This document shows, piece by piece, positions 37,404-48,872 of a stretch of 64,000 nucleotides of DNA. The notes below the pieces were generated by a model. The model did no database searches and had not been told where the DNA came from. It was given only the letters and a program-made list of their open reading frames with translations. Each line of letters starts with the position of its first letter. Positions within the stretch are counted from its first letter, which is position 1. Origin of the DNA: Amoebophrya sp. A120 (lineage: Eukaryota > Protista > Dinoflagellata); contig CAJINV010000017.1 in assembly GCA_905178155.1 (NCBI GenBank), forward strand, positions 860,722 through 924,721, given 5' to 3'. Made by a program: the position numbers and the translations under genes.

Positions 37404-38063
37404 TTGTGTCACTGGATGTCTACCGCCCACGGCCGAAATGCTTTCGTAATACGCAATCATGAACCATCAAAATTTCTGTTTAAACCATTCAGCACCCGAC
37501 GCTTCTCGCTGTGCGCATGTTGCCGGCTGAAGCAACAGAAGCGTAGTCACAACAACAAGCCGAAGCCCGGCCCGCAACGTTCCGGCGAAGGGGAGTCCAA
37601 GAAGGACGCACCGGTTGCGGTCGCCCCAGCTGGCCAACAAGATCCTGGGACGAACTCTTCAAACTGCACCACTACAAACGGAGGCCGACACGACGACCAT
37701 TCGTCCGTTGGAGAAGAAGAGGAAGACGAAAGCCAAGCACTTTTGCAGGGCGGCCACCTTGCTCCGGCGTCAGTTCTGCACACCTCGGCCACGAACGAAG
37801 AAGACACAACCGCCGACCAGCAGGACCATGGGACAGGGGTGGACGATCAAGTTTCATCTCAGCGCGATGCTGCTTCCAAAGACACGACAACCGTGCTCGA
37901 TGCAATGGGTCCAGAGCGAACAACACTGTTGAAGAGCAGCGCCTTTGCCGTCGCGAGCGACAGCGAAGTGGAACGGCAGGAGCAACTCATTTTGGAAGCT
38001 TCGCTACGAAATGCGGCTGGCAGATCCCTGGCCGCGAGGTTTTTTGACTGCGTCAGCGGGTAA
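37404..38063 (+). CDS. Hypothetical low-complexity exon/ORF
   Basis: 219-codon ORF, acidic and disordered, ending near a possible GT donor (gggtaa). Rest of the gene not resolved. Confidence 0.3.
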   Translation: MCHWMSTAHGRNAFVIRNHEPSKFLFKPFSTRRFSLCACCRLKQQKRSHNNKPKPGPQRSGEGESKKDAPVAVAPAGQQDPGTNSSNCTTTNGGRHDDHSSVGEEEEDESQALLQGGHLAPASVLHTSATNEEDTTADQQDHGTGVDDQVSSQRDAASKDTTTVLDAMGPERTTLLKSSAFAVASDSEVERQEQLILEASLRNAAGRSLAARFFDCVSG

Positions 38064-39701
38064 AGAATGAGCCCTAACAAGTAAGATGAACAATCTTGCA
38101 AGGCGAGGAGGGAGTTTGTATAAAAGGACTACAGCATGAATTAAACCAAGAACACAAATAAAAAGTAGAGGTAAACATATTAGCATATAGCTCGCGGCTG
38201 TAGTTCTATCTTCAGCACATCTCTTAAGCCCACCAGTCGATCCTACATGATCAATCTGCAACACGATTTTGATTAACAACCTTGAGTGCTACTATTAACA
38301 ACAGCTTTTTTTTTCCATTTCACGAACAACATAACTCATGGCACTAATTATACGGGAGAAGTTCAGCAAATTTACAATCGAGCTAGCCCAAGCAGTACCA
38401 CTATCGATATGAAGAAAGAAAAACCGCCATACGGAAAGAGAAGTACGCGAAAATGCGCGCAACCAGAAGTCTCCATCCATTACCATTTGCTTTTATGTTT
38501 TTTTAATTGAAAAAGATCTCGGAGCACGACCAAAAATTAAAATTTAAAGAAATGTTATATCTCCATCAAGCTTTATGTTAGTCTTAGTTTTTGTTCCTGG
38601 GCCACTTGAGAATGTGAATGGGGCGCACGGGCTTGAGTTTCCGCTTGAACCCAGCCTCGTGCGGTTTCTTTCTGTGTGCGGTAACGACGGTTACATGTAG
38701 TGTTTTCAGCTTGATCGCGGCCCACTGGATTTTCGTCCTTTGCGGTTGTAAGGAAACAGCCAACAAGATGCGAAAATGTATTTGTGGCCCAAGGGCCTGC
38801 TCAAAACGATCACGACCGAGCTCAATACTAAAGGCACGGGGCAACCGCTAGCGCCATCATATATTTTTTTAGATCTAGTTGTGCAATATTAACGAAAACC
38901 TATATTTTCATTAAGACAAGGTTTTCTGCGCGGCGCCTGCTAACATGCGATGCATGGGTACCCCCCTGCCCCGCATGATGTAGTCGTCTCTGCTAGTGGC
39001 CGAACAAAATAAACAGGAGAGCTGCAGCAGCACAAAAAGCAACAAGTCAAAAATAGCTGGAGTGAGGCTGCTGTAGGTACTTTGAAGTAGAGCTTAGAAG
39101 CACGCATTGAGGTACGTTTTTTGTACGACGAAGCGTTTTTTGCTCCAAGGGTGCTTCTACTTCATCTCGACGGTCGAACTGATGCCACCACAACGCTCCT
39201 CGTGCCGCCTGATTTGAAAGAAGTGTGCCTGCAAGCATGTCGGAAGGTGATAGATTGCGTTTGATGCGCAAAACAGAAAACGCGATCTGCAACTTAGACT
39301 CACCTACGTCGCTCCATTGCTTTAGAATTTGACTCGTAGCATTGACGTGAACGTCTCTCAAAAACAAAGCCAAAGCCAGCACTTGTCTTAGCCGCGCACA
39401 GACCAAGCCCACGCTCCTCCGGCGGCTTAGGAAAGAGCTGCACCCCATATCTAAACCGACTATTTTTTTAATTAGAATCAGTTGATCAGTGTACGTGAGA
39501 GTAAACGATGAAGATCGCACGACTTTCAATTTCTAGAACGTAAGTATCAGGCGTGAGGGACCCGCCTCCTCCTCCTGAGATCATGTTTTGATTCAGTACT
39601 AGGGACGACACCGCTATGATGTATAAATAGTCAACAACTTCTACATGCCTTGCTGTGGCGACAGCTTCTCGTCGTTTGTCGAATGTGTTTGTTCAGCATG
39701 A

Positions 39702-39963
39702 TATCAAATGTAAAAATGTCTGGGTCTGGAAGAGTGCGCGATTTGTCATGCTGCTTTTCCATGACCCATGAGGTCTGGAATGCAGGACCTAGCATGACAG
39801 ATTCTGCGAGACCTTTCTAATGCCTATTCTGCATGAGACACTACCTCCCGACTTGGTCAAAACTGAAACACTTTTGGTAATCATGCAACATAGATTTTTG
39901 CATGCTGCAGATTTAGCATGACAAGTTGCAATCTTCCAGACCCAGACATTTTTACACTTGATA
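39702..39963 (+). mobile_element. TIR introner, family C (host exon unresolved)
   Basis: tatcaaatgtaaaaatgtctgggtctggaaga / tcttccagacccagacatttttacacttgata (near-perfect 32 bp); perfect DR catga; first 31 nt identical to the 57192 copy. Confidence 0.93.
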
Positions 39964-41493
39964 CATGAAAAAGCTGCGGGCTGCACGTGGAGGGACAAGA
40001 TGGCGTTTGGTCGCCACTCAGCCCCTTTTTGCGAAAGGAAAGTAATAATAAGTAGGTATTACTTTACAGTAAAAAGCTGAAGTACAAGTACTTCTACGAG
40101 CACGACACGACCACAACATTTCGAGGAACGTACGGCTAAACGGATGTTGACAATTATATTTCCCCCCCAATTCATCATCGGTGTCGTTGTAAAAGTAGCA
40201 AAAGGTGGTGCTTCCGCACACCTAAAGAAAGAGCTGTGGTCTAGTACAGACAGCTCTGCGCGGGAGGTAATAGGTGGTCCAACTGCGTTGCGGCTAGAGG
40301 AAGTCGAAGTCGCTGGCAGTGGTCACCAGTACCTCGGCCTTGTCCGCTGTGCGAGGACACCAGTGTGTTCCTCCTCCGACCGAACTGAAAATTGCTGCGT
40401 CCCCATGGTGGCTCCCTGCTGGAGGTAGTAGTGAATAGAGCCATGGTCGTCGCATGAGCCTTCTATCCAATACCAGTTATCGGGATCCCACAGCGAAGGT
40501 CTGGTCTTTATTTCCGGGGAAGCACATCAATCATGGACGTCTTCTTCACGATCCGTTCTTTTTGGCAGCAGGCTGCAACATTCAAAAAGAGGCGAGCCGC
40601 TGTTTTACGTCGTCTCGCGAGGATTTTCGACTCCAATGTTTTTTCGTCACTTGTCCGTTCCCGCAAGATCGGGGCGTGCTGATGTACTGATTTAGATTTA
40701 CGCCCAAGGTCAGTTGCTGCTCTAACCTGTTTTAGTTTTTTGACCGGCATGTTGTTCTTTTTCACGAACGCGAAAATTTTCCTGTTGAACTAAAAAGTGA
40801 CTAATTTGGATTTGCATTCATGAGTACTACAGAAATCAAATTCGTATGTTTATTTTCAATGACAAATTGTTTATGTATCTATGATGTATGTGTTTTTCAA
40901 TAACACTATGCGTAGAAGCAAATAGTAGTCGCAGTTTACTTACTCTAGATTTGTAGTATTCCTTCTTGAGAAAGGCGTTGCTCCTCTGCCTCTGTGTGTT
41001 TGCAGCAGAAGCCTTTGAAGAAGAACATAGCAGCGAAATTTTCGTGTGTATGTGTCAACCACGCTCACTTACATCAAAAAGTCGCCCTTCTCTAACACCT
41101 TGTCCTTCAATCGGGAGCCTTTCGCGGACACGGTGCTGCGGAACCAGAACAAGAGATGCTTATACTAGCGGAGGCACATGCCGTGGATCCGTGCTCGTGA
41201 CACGACATCAACCAACTGCAACTTTACGACTATCTTGATTTCGTTCCAGCCACCACCATAAGGAACCACGGAAAGAAGAGCTCGCAGGACATGCAAAAAT
41301 AGAAACGATTTTACGAAACCGGCTGCGCACAGCCGTTGTTCTTGCGTATTTCCGAACGAAGGCGAATGTGAAACGCACCCGGACCAAACGGGAGCTGCTA
41401 CTTTATATTTGCATTCCCAACAAGGCTGAGCTGATTTTGACGGACGAAGACGCGGCGACGCACCGTCAACATTGAGAAGGACACCCAGACAGA

Positions 41494-44400
41494 ATGTGGC
41501 CGGATCAAGCGCACCAGGGAAGGCTGGACTTCGCGATTTTGACGGGTATTGCCGTAGCCTTCGCCGCATTTTCCCTTCTGCTGCACAAAGCTAAACCACT
41601 GGTGCGGTTTCTTGTCGCGTTCTTCTCGATCGCGTATTACGCAATAGCAGAAATTAAAATTCACTGTCGTGCAAGACGTACAACAAAAGTAGCGAGTTTC
41701 GACGAGTTAAGATACTTCCAGCTTTTAAGACCTGCAAGAACGTTGAATAACTTACTACCTGTGAAAAAAGCTAGTAGAGTTATAAGCTTTCTCCTGCACC
41801 ATACGGTACTAGCACGAGATGGGCATGAGACTTGTTGTCCTGCATCCTTACGATCGTCTTTCTTTTTTCCTCTGCAGTGAGTTTTTTTTTGGAATACGTT
41901 TGTGACAAAGGAAATACCAATCGAGGGGAACATCTCGCTTGCAACTGTGCGAAAACTCGGGATTTTTTCCAAGGCAAGTGCCCTCACATGCCTGCTGTTG
42001 CTCGCCGCACTACAGGCCCTTCTCGGCTCCTTCGCGGGGGTGTTGTTCTGGAAACTGCCAACGCTCACCAACTTCCTGTTCGCGGTCGGGTGGGGCTTGT
42101 TCTGGTTTGCGCCACTGGTGGTCAGGCTCTTGCAGTTTCTCGCGATCAAATGCGGCGTTGCGAACTCCGTGGGAAGGGCGCTTTCCGAAGAGCCGGTCTG
42201 GCAGCAAATCTCGCAGTTTTTTGACGCAGAGCACCGGAAGAGGTGGCTAGAAATGAGCAACACCGAGGACGCGGCCAGTGTAGCTCGACACCAAGAAGGC
42301 GAAGGTGATGCCGCCGAGCCGGTGTCGACTTTGTCACAAGACGGTAGGGGTAGCGGAGCGGACTCTGGGCGGTCATCTTCTACTTCTGCAGCTACGCAGC
42401 AAGAAGGGATAGCCGTCGGCGAAGCAGGACTCGTTGATGCCGCCCCGCCGCGGCCGTCCGAATCACACACCGCGCCCGTCGTGCCGTCCTCGCAGCAAGA
42501 CGAGGCAGATGGCAATTACAGGGAAGATGACCCAGCACGAGCAAGAACACCAGGTGGCGCAATGGTAAATGCAATAGTCACCTCGACGGCCGCGACATTA
42601 GCTCGTGCGGGCGATAGCAACGCCCAACAGCTCATGTTGGGACCGCTCGTCACTTCTGCAGCGCATCTTGGGGCGGGCGAGGAAGGCACGCAGGCCAGCA
42701 CTCTGAAGGTGCTCAGCCACGACGAGGGCGACGGAGTTGTTCCTGCAGCTTCCACTAGCGCTCTGGAAAATAACCTGGAAAGCATCACCGTTCTGCAGCC
42801 AAAGTACGAGTTTACCGCGGCTGTTCTCAATGTGGCGCTCTTACTCTGCCTCGCACTGCTCTACACCGCGATTTTGATGCGTCTACGGAAATTCGCCCAC
42901 AATTTCTTTACGGCTTTCGGCTGCGCGGCGGTGGCAACGGCAGCGGTCGGAGAAATAGTGATTTATTGGCGATATCAGAATCTGCCCTTTTTTGAGTTCG
43001 ATCAGTCATCAGCGGAAGTCCTGAAAGCTGCTCGTGGCGGAGCTTCTATGCAGGAAATGGTGGAACAGGTAAGTATAGAATTTGTAGCAAGCTGTTCTAC
43101 TTGCGGTGAAAATTATGTTCTGGAGCGATACAATTCATGCAGCGAGGTCCTCTTTGTTGAAGGCTGAGGTTCGCATTAGCGGCACGGTGTTAAAATATGA
43201 TTTGTACCGTTCTGTATGATTTCGGATTCAATTCATTTTTTCAATATCAATAGACTGCGCTGCTATACTTATTAATTTGCGCACACTATCACCATGCGTC
43301 CGCGTCGTGTCTCCATGTCGGGTTTTGATCCAATATGTTTTTTTGCGTTCCGCAGCCGCACTATGTATGATGATCAGTTTCTCCGACACATACTTCGGAA
43401 TCACATGAAAACAGCCCCACTCGGCCGCCACTACCACAGCTGTTGTTGCAAACACCACGGCGATATCAACACAAGCACAGCAGACGTCTCTACCCGATGA
43501 GGGCGGCCACCTTATTGCTGGAGGAGGATCAGCGCACCACCAGCAACAAGAACTGAATTTGCTGACCGCATTTTTTCCGAAGGATCTGTGGCTACCTTTC
43601 GTGTTCCTGCGAAACGCGCCACAGCGAAGGGCTTTGCAGGAAACAGTCGCTGCATTTTGGGACACGGAAACAGACCCCGCCACATGGCCACAGAGCTGGA
43701 TTGCGAGACTCGAGGCGAGTGTGTTGGCCTGTTATCATGTGCCAGGTATTAAAAGTTACGTGCAAGTAGGAGTAGCACTTTAGAAAATGCAGCAGGGTCA
43801 GCAGCAAGAGCAAAGAACTCAATTTATCGTGTTTGTCTCATAGCAAAAGAGGCTTGAATACAGTCAATCTCTGATTAAGATTTTGTGGCTTTCACCGACG
43901 TTTCGCCGGCCAATTTATGACCTCCGCATCATTTTTTTCCGATGCTGCCCCGCCCTGCCCCTGCGCGAGGGTCGTGTGTATTTGCTGCATCAAGTATGAG
44001 CGACGCGAGTCGGCAAGCAGCTGGATACAACTAAGCAAAAAAAAGTGATTTCCTTGTTTCCAGGTAACCGCCGGCACATGCTTCTCTCTTCGGGTATCGC
44101 CTACGTCCTGCTCGGCTTGGTCTTCTCGATTCTGTTCTTTCTTTCGTACAAACGTATCCCCCGCAAAAGTTAAAGTTGTACGGCAATCGCACGTTTACAA
44201 ATTTGTTCTGATACTGCACGACAGATTTTTATAAATTTCTTGTTGACTTACAGTTACACCAGCAGCATTTCGGTTTCCTTCTCCATTTGCGGCGTTCGCG
44301 TTTCTTTCGGTATTTCAACTGCTTGACTATGTATTGAATAGAGTGTACAACTAGAAGTATGATTGCAAACTGCATAAAGCTCCACGTGAAGCAGGACATT

Positions 44401-44779
44401 GCGGACGAGGAGAACGTGGTGAGGAAAAAGCGGGACCAGCTACTGCAAGCGCAAGAACTGGTGTTGGCCTGCGAAGACCCGGACTTTAGCCGCGAGGAGT
44501 GGCAAGAGTTCCAGCGGTGGCGAAACCTCCGCCAGGCGGTTCTCGCGTCCACGTCATCTTCGGATGAAGTAGATGCCACGAGCAGAGCAAACCATGATCG
44601 GTACTACAACAACCAGCATTTTCTCCGACAGCCTGCTAATACCGTTCTTCCGGGTCATCATGGTCGCCGTGCTGCTCTTCATCGAGGAGATTTCTTATGC
44701 GGTGCAAAAGTATCGCATTCGTACTCGCAGAAATTCAAATTGCATAGATATACGCCTCTATTCCAGCTCAAGCTTCTGA
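41494..44779 (+). CDS. Hypothetical polytopic membrane protein (multi-exon; ends uncertain)
   Basis: Hydrophobic segments in ORFs 41494 and 41902 joined in frame by the introner at 41638; GT donor near 43069; further exons joined by the introner at 44155. Confidence 0.5.
41638..41896. mobile_element. Degenerate introner
   Basis: TA…TA ends; DR cgtat/cgttt; in-frame join of two ORFs; TIR weak. Confidence 0.6.
44155..44376. mobile_element. Degenerate introner
   Basis: tatcccccgcaa / ttgcaaactgcata; DR aaacg/aagct; join FLSYK|LHVKQ in frame. Confidence 0.6.
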
Positions 44780-47164
44780 GCCTTAGTGTGACATAAAATG
44801 GTGTGATCTGTAATGCTGAAGATTGATTGGGATTCTACTTAGGTGGGGGTAGAAATTTTCTATGCATGAGCACCATTGCAATAACAATTCCAATTCGTGC
44901 GACTCGTGCGATACTTTATTTGTGATGCATAGTGGTACGCTGAGAGTGACCTGAACCTCGACGGCGCGTTCGACGACGAATTATGCTGGAAAAGAACGGC
45001 TGTGCCTTTCCCCTTTTGCTTTTTCCCGCGTTCCGTTCTCATCTTGCAGCATTTTTACGTTGTCTTGCATGGTTTGTAGCAGCGCCAGGGGGGGCGTGAC
45101 TGAAACTACACTGGATGTACTTAAAAAGGCACCCGGGTGTCGCCCCCGTACTTGCATAAAGATGCAAACTACAAGAAAAGGCGACTTGTTTCAGGTGATC
45201 AGGCCGCTGACCACGAAAATTCACTGACGTCAACAGCATGCGAAGTAACCTCGATTGGGTAGGTAAAGCTAGCGGAGTCAGATGTTGAAACACAATGAAT
45301 CGTTTCGACGAGAGCATGGACTGATGTGCAGATTCAACCGAGTTGCATCATTGCTTTCAACTCTGTTGAAGCAGCTATCAACGAGAAAGGGAAAAGTCGC
45401 GTTTCTTGTCCCGTTTGATACCAATTCCTTGAACACCACCACCATCACCACGAGCATGACGTGCGGTTTGTCCTGCCGAGTGCGATACACAACCGTGGGC
45501 GCCGCGAGGGGGCTACGAGATGTACGGATGATGTTGTGGTCCGTAGAGCAGAGAACAGCACTGGTAGAACCACTCGACTTCCCGCTGCAAGTAGAACGCA
45601 GGTACCAACACGGCCTCTCCCAGCATCCACAACCTCGAGGGTGCCAACAAGATCGGCAGGCTGCGTTACAAGTTCTGGTCAAGAAGAACATCAGGAGGTA
45701 GGTGAACATGCGCCAATGCACCGTGCTGGCTGGGCAGATTCATCGCGACCGACGAGAACACGAGACTCGCAGAGTAAGACACGAACCAGGGCACCCTCCT
45801 CTCGCCGGCACGAAGGTGGCCGTGGTCAGAATCACGTGTGAGAAAGACGAGAATGGAAATGCTTTTAGTAGTATTAACTAGTTGCGTGCGGCTCTACTCT
45901 GAAAAGCAGGAGAGTAAGTACGGTATTTGATAGCTACAGCTAGTATCTGATAATCTTCAGTCTCACTCACAGGCACCACCAGGAAAAATTAACGACCACT
46001 TGATTTGTACTTTTTGTTAGTGTCCCGTGATTTTAGTCAGCCTCTCCCTGAATTGGTTGCGCTTTTTAGCTGTTTTAGCTGTTTGTAGAGGGCTGGTACA
46101 GAATTTGATAGATAGAGCGTGAACGCCCAGACCAGTCTTCCCGAAGCGTCTCTAGGATGATAAGTATTGTGACAACTGGCGTGCTACTACTACTAGACAA
46201 CTAATGACCAAATACGCAAAGGGAACTCTAAATCTAATGACAGACGTACAAAAACAAAGACAAACATGAGTTAATCTTTCATCGTAGTTTTCTTGCTCCC
46301 GAGGCCCAGAGGCAAAGAAGAGTGCATGCATATTTTCAATCAGAAAGCCAAAGCAGTAGCAGCGGGAGCAGTTGCATCAAATTTGAACATGATAAGACGA
46401 CGCAAGTATTCGAAATAAAAACTGTATGCGTTTCATGCTACTTCAGCGAGCGACAGGATATTACGACTATTGATGTTGAAGATACATGCACACATGCCAT
46501 GATGCTTTTCCGACAAGAAACTTTGAACGAAATGGAAATTTGTCCTCGTCCTTTTATTTTGCAAGATGAAAGATTTAAATAGATGAAATCCTGGCTAATG
46601 GACGACAAGTTGACAACGTTCTTCAACTTGATGTGCGCGTTCGACCTCCTCCGCCGAGGTAGTAGCAGGAATGAGTTGTTTGGTGGGTCTGAATGAACCC
46701 GAAGAGTAGAAGATTTTAATTTGCATGATTCTTATGAATGTCAATTTCACTTGTTAAATTTTGGTTAATTTCCTAGTCGGCGAGATCGATCGTGGTAAGG
46801 CAAACGCCGCCACGAAATGCGCCCCGCTGAATAGCGGGCGAGAAATCTGCAAATACGCAGAGCAAGACTTGAGGCGTTGGCGCTCGATGAGCGTCCGCGT
46901 CTTTGCTCAAGCCCGATTGAACTCGCCCTCTGGGGGTTACCGCAATGATCCGCATTAAGATCAGTCGGATCAATATAGCAATCGCTGCCCTTGGCTCCAA
47001 AAAATTGCAAAGAGATGAACTCAATAAAATGCGCGGATGAAAATGAAGCGGCTCAAAAATCAAAATAACATCTTGGTCGGCGCAAGCCCTCCGAGACATT
47101 GGCATGATGGCAAGTGCCATCATCGTCAAAAGCAAAGACATGGGGGCAAATTGCTTCCATTGTC

Positions 47165-47257
47165 AAAGTGCGCGAGATCGCTGGGGGGCAATGCCTTCCA
47201 TGCGAGCACTAAAGTGCGCGAGATCGCTGGGGGGGCAATGCCTTCCATGCGAGCACT
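47165..47257. repeat. 46/47-bp tandem duplication in a GC-rich repeat island
   Basis: aaagtgcgcgagatcgctggggggcaatgccttccatgcgagcact x2, with degenerate units (gcgaatgccttcca) up to about 47460. Confidence 0.9.
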
Positions 47258-48872
47258 ACGATAAAAACTGGGCGGCGAATGCCTTCCAGGAAAAAGGCCG
47301 GGCGGCGAATGCCGTCCGCGCCCGAAGTACATGACGGCCAATGCCCGATTGTCAAGATGGCATAGGGGCGAATGCTTCTATTGCCTAAGTGCGCGAGATC
47401 GCAGGCAGGTGAACTCCTGCTGTGCGAGCGCAATGAACTGGTCGGCGAATGCCTTCCAAGTAAGCGCAGTGACCTACCCGCAGGCACTGAACCCATGGCG
47501 GTCGCTGGTGAATACCAGCGCCGACCTGGTATGCGTCCAGCTCTCGCTGCTGGTTGCGCAGTTCCTATCTTCGGCAACTGCTGACTGTAGGAAGACGAAG
47601 GCCGGCGGCAATCGCTAGCGCGGAGGTTTGAATCCATCCGAAGGAGTGACATTCCTATGATTTGCGCCGTTTGTGCATGCAGGGTTATCCCGAGACGTGC
47701 GTTGAAGTATATCACTTGCATCAGCGACGCACGCCTTCTATGACGAGAGTGCGCCGCCCTCCCTGAGCAGCGCTTGGGATAATGGCGTGAGGTCGGCCCC
47801 CTCGTCGCTGGCTGTTTGTCGGCGCTTGGGAAATCAACACCCGCTCCTCGCGGACCTTACTCACACGCGCGCGTAGCATCCGCGGCTCGCGGAGCTCGCG
47901 CGCACGTGCGTGCAAAGCGTTGCACGAAATCGATGGCATGGGATGCAGCCTGCTGTTGCAGGTGCTTGCCCATGATCTGCCCTGCGGGGGGACTCGTGGC
48001 CTGTGTCGTCACGCCCCCATGTGCATACTGGCTTGAGGTGTCGCGGACGCCGAGCACATAACAAAGGGGCGCCTAGTTGTGGCTAGCGCGCGGCCCTTCT
48101 CAACAACTTTATCGAGCCTCGTCGACGCTGGAAATTAAGGAGATGTTCTCGTCGGGATGGAGGAGATCAGATGTTGTCACTACAACATGGTGGCTCATCA
48201 ACTAAAGCATTTTTCAGCATTCCCGGCTCGAGCACATACGTAAATTCCTGCTCAAGACTTGTTCTTGCGAAAACTTGAACTTCTACCAACAGTCGACGAC
48301 TGCTAGGCTCTTCCAAGGATCGAAAGCATTTTCAATTGAAGACGTCGATGAGTAGTGTTGCACCAACAAGCCTGAAAAATGAACCACAGCTTACGTATTC
48401 CTATTGTCCTATGGGATCTAATATGTCTTCTAAATCGAGGCACGCATCGTTCCTGCGCAGACGAAGTTGATCTCATAATCCATCTTGATGACAAGCACTG
48501 GTTGGAGAAGCAGGTAGAGTCCAAAAAAATCCACTAATCCACTCGACGAAGGCTGACGCGTCTAATTTCTGTTTCATCGACACAGCGACACCGTCACTTT
48601 TTTCACCCACCTTGATTATGAATCCCGACCAAAATAACCCTACAAACATATTAAGATAGCTCCGTTTATCTATACTATCACTATGGCGTGAAAGCGAACC
48701 GCTGTCCTTTTGTTCATCGACGCAGCAGCACTACCGGTAGATTTTGTAAAGCTATTTTTCTTCGTTCTATCAAGTTCTCCGAGCGATAAACTTCGTCTGT
48801 GGAAGTGGTACTTTTTGTCGACAGAAAAGTTTTATTTTCCGCACCAGGAGCTGCACCTCATCCTCAGTCATC

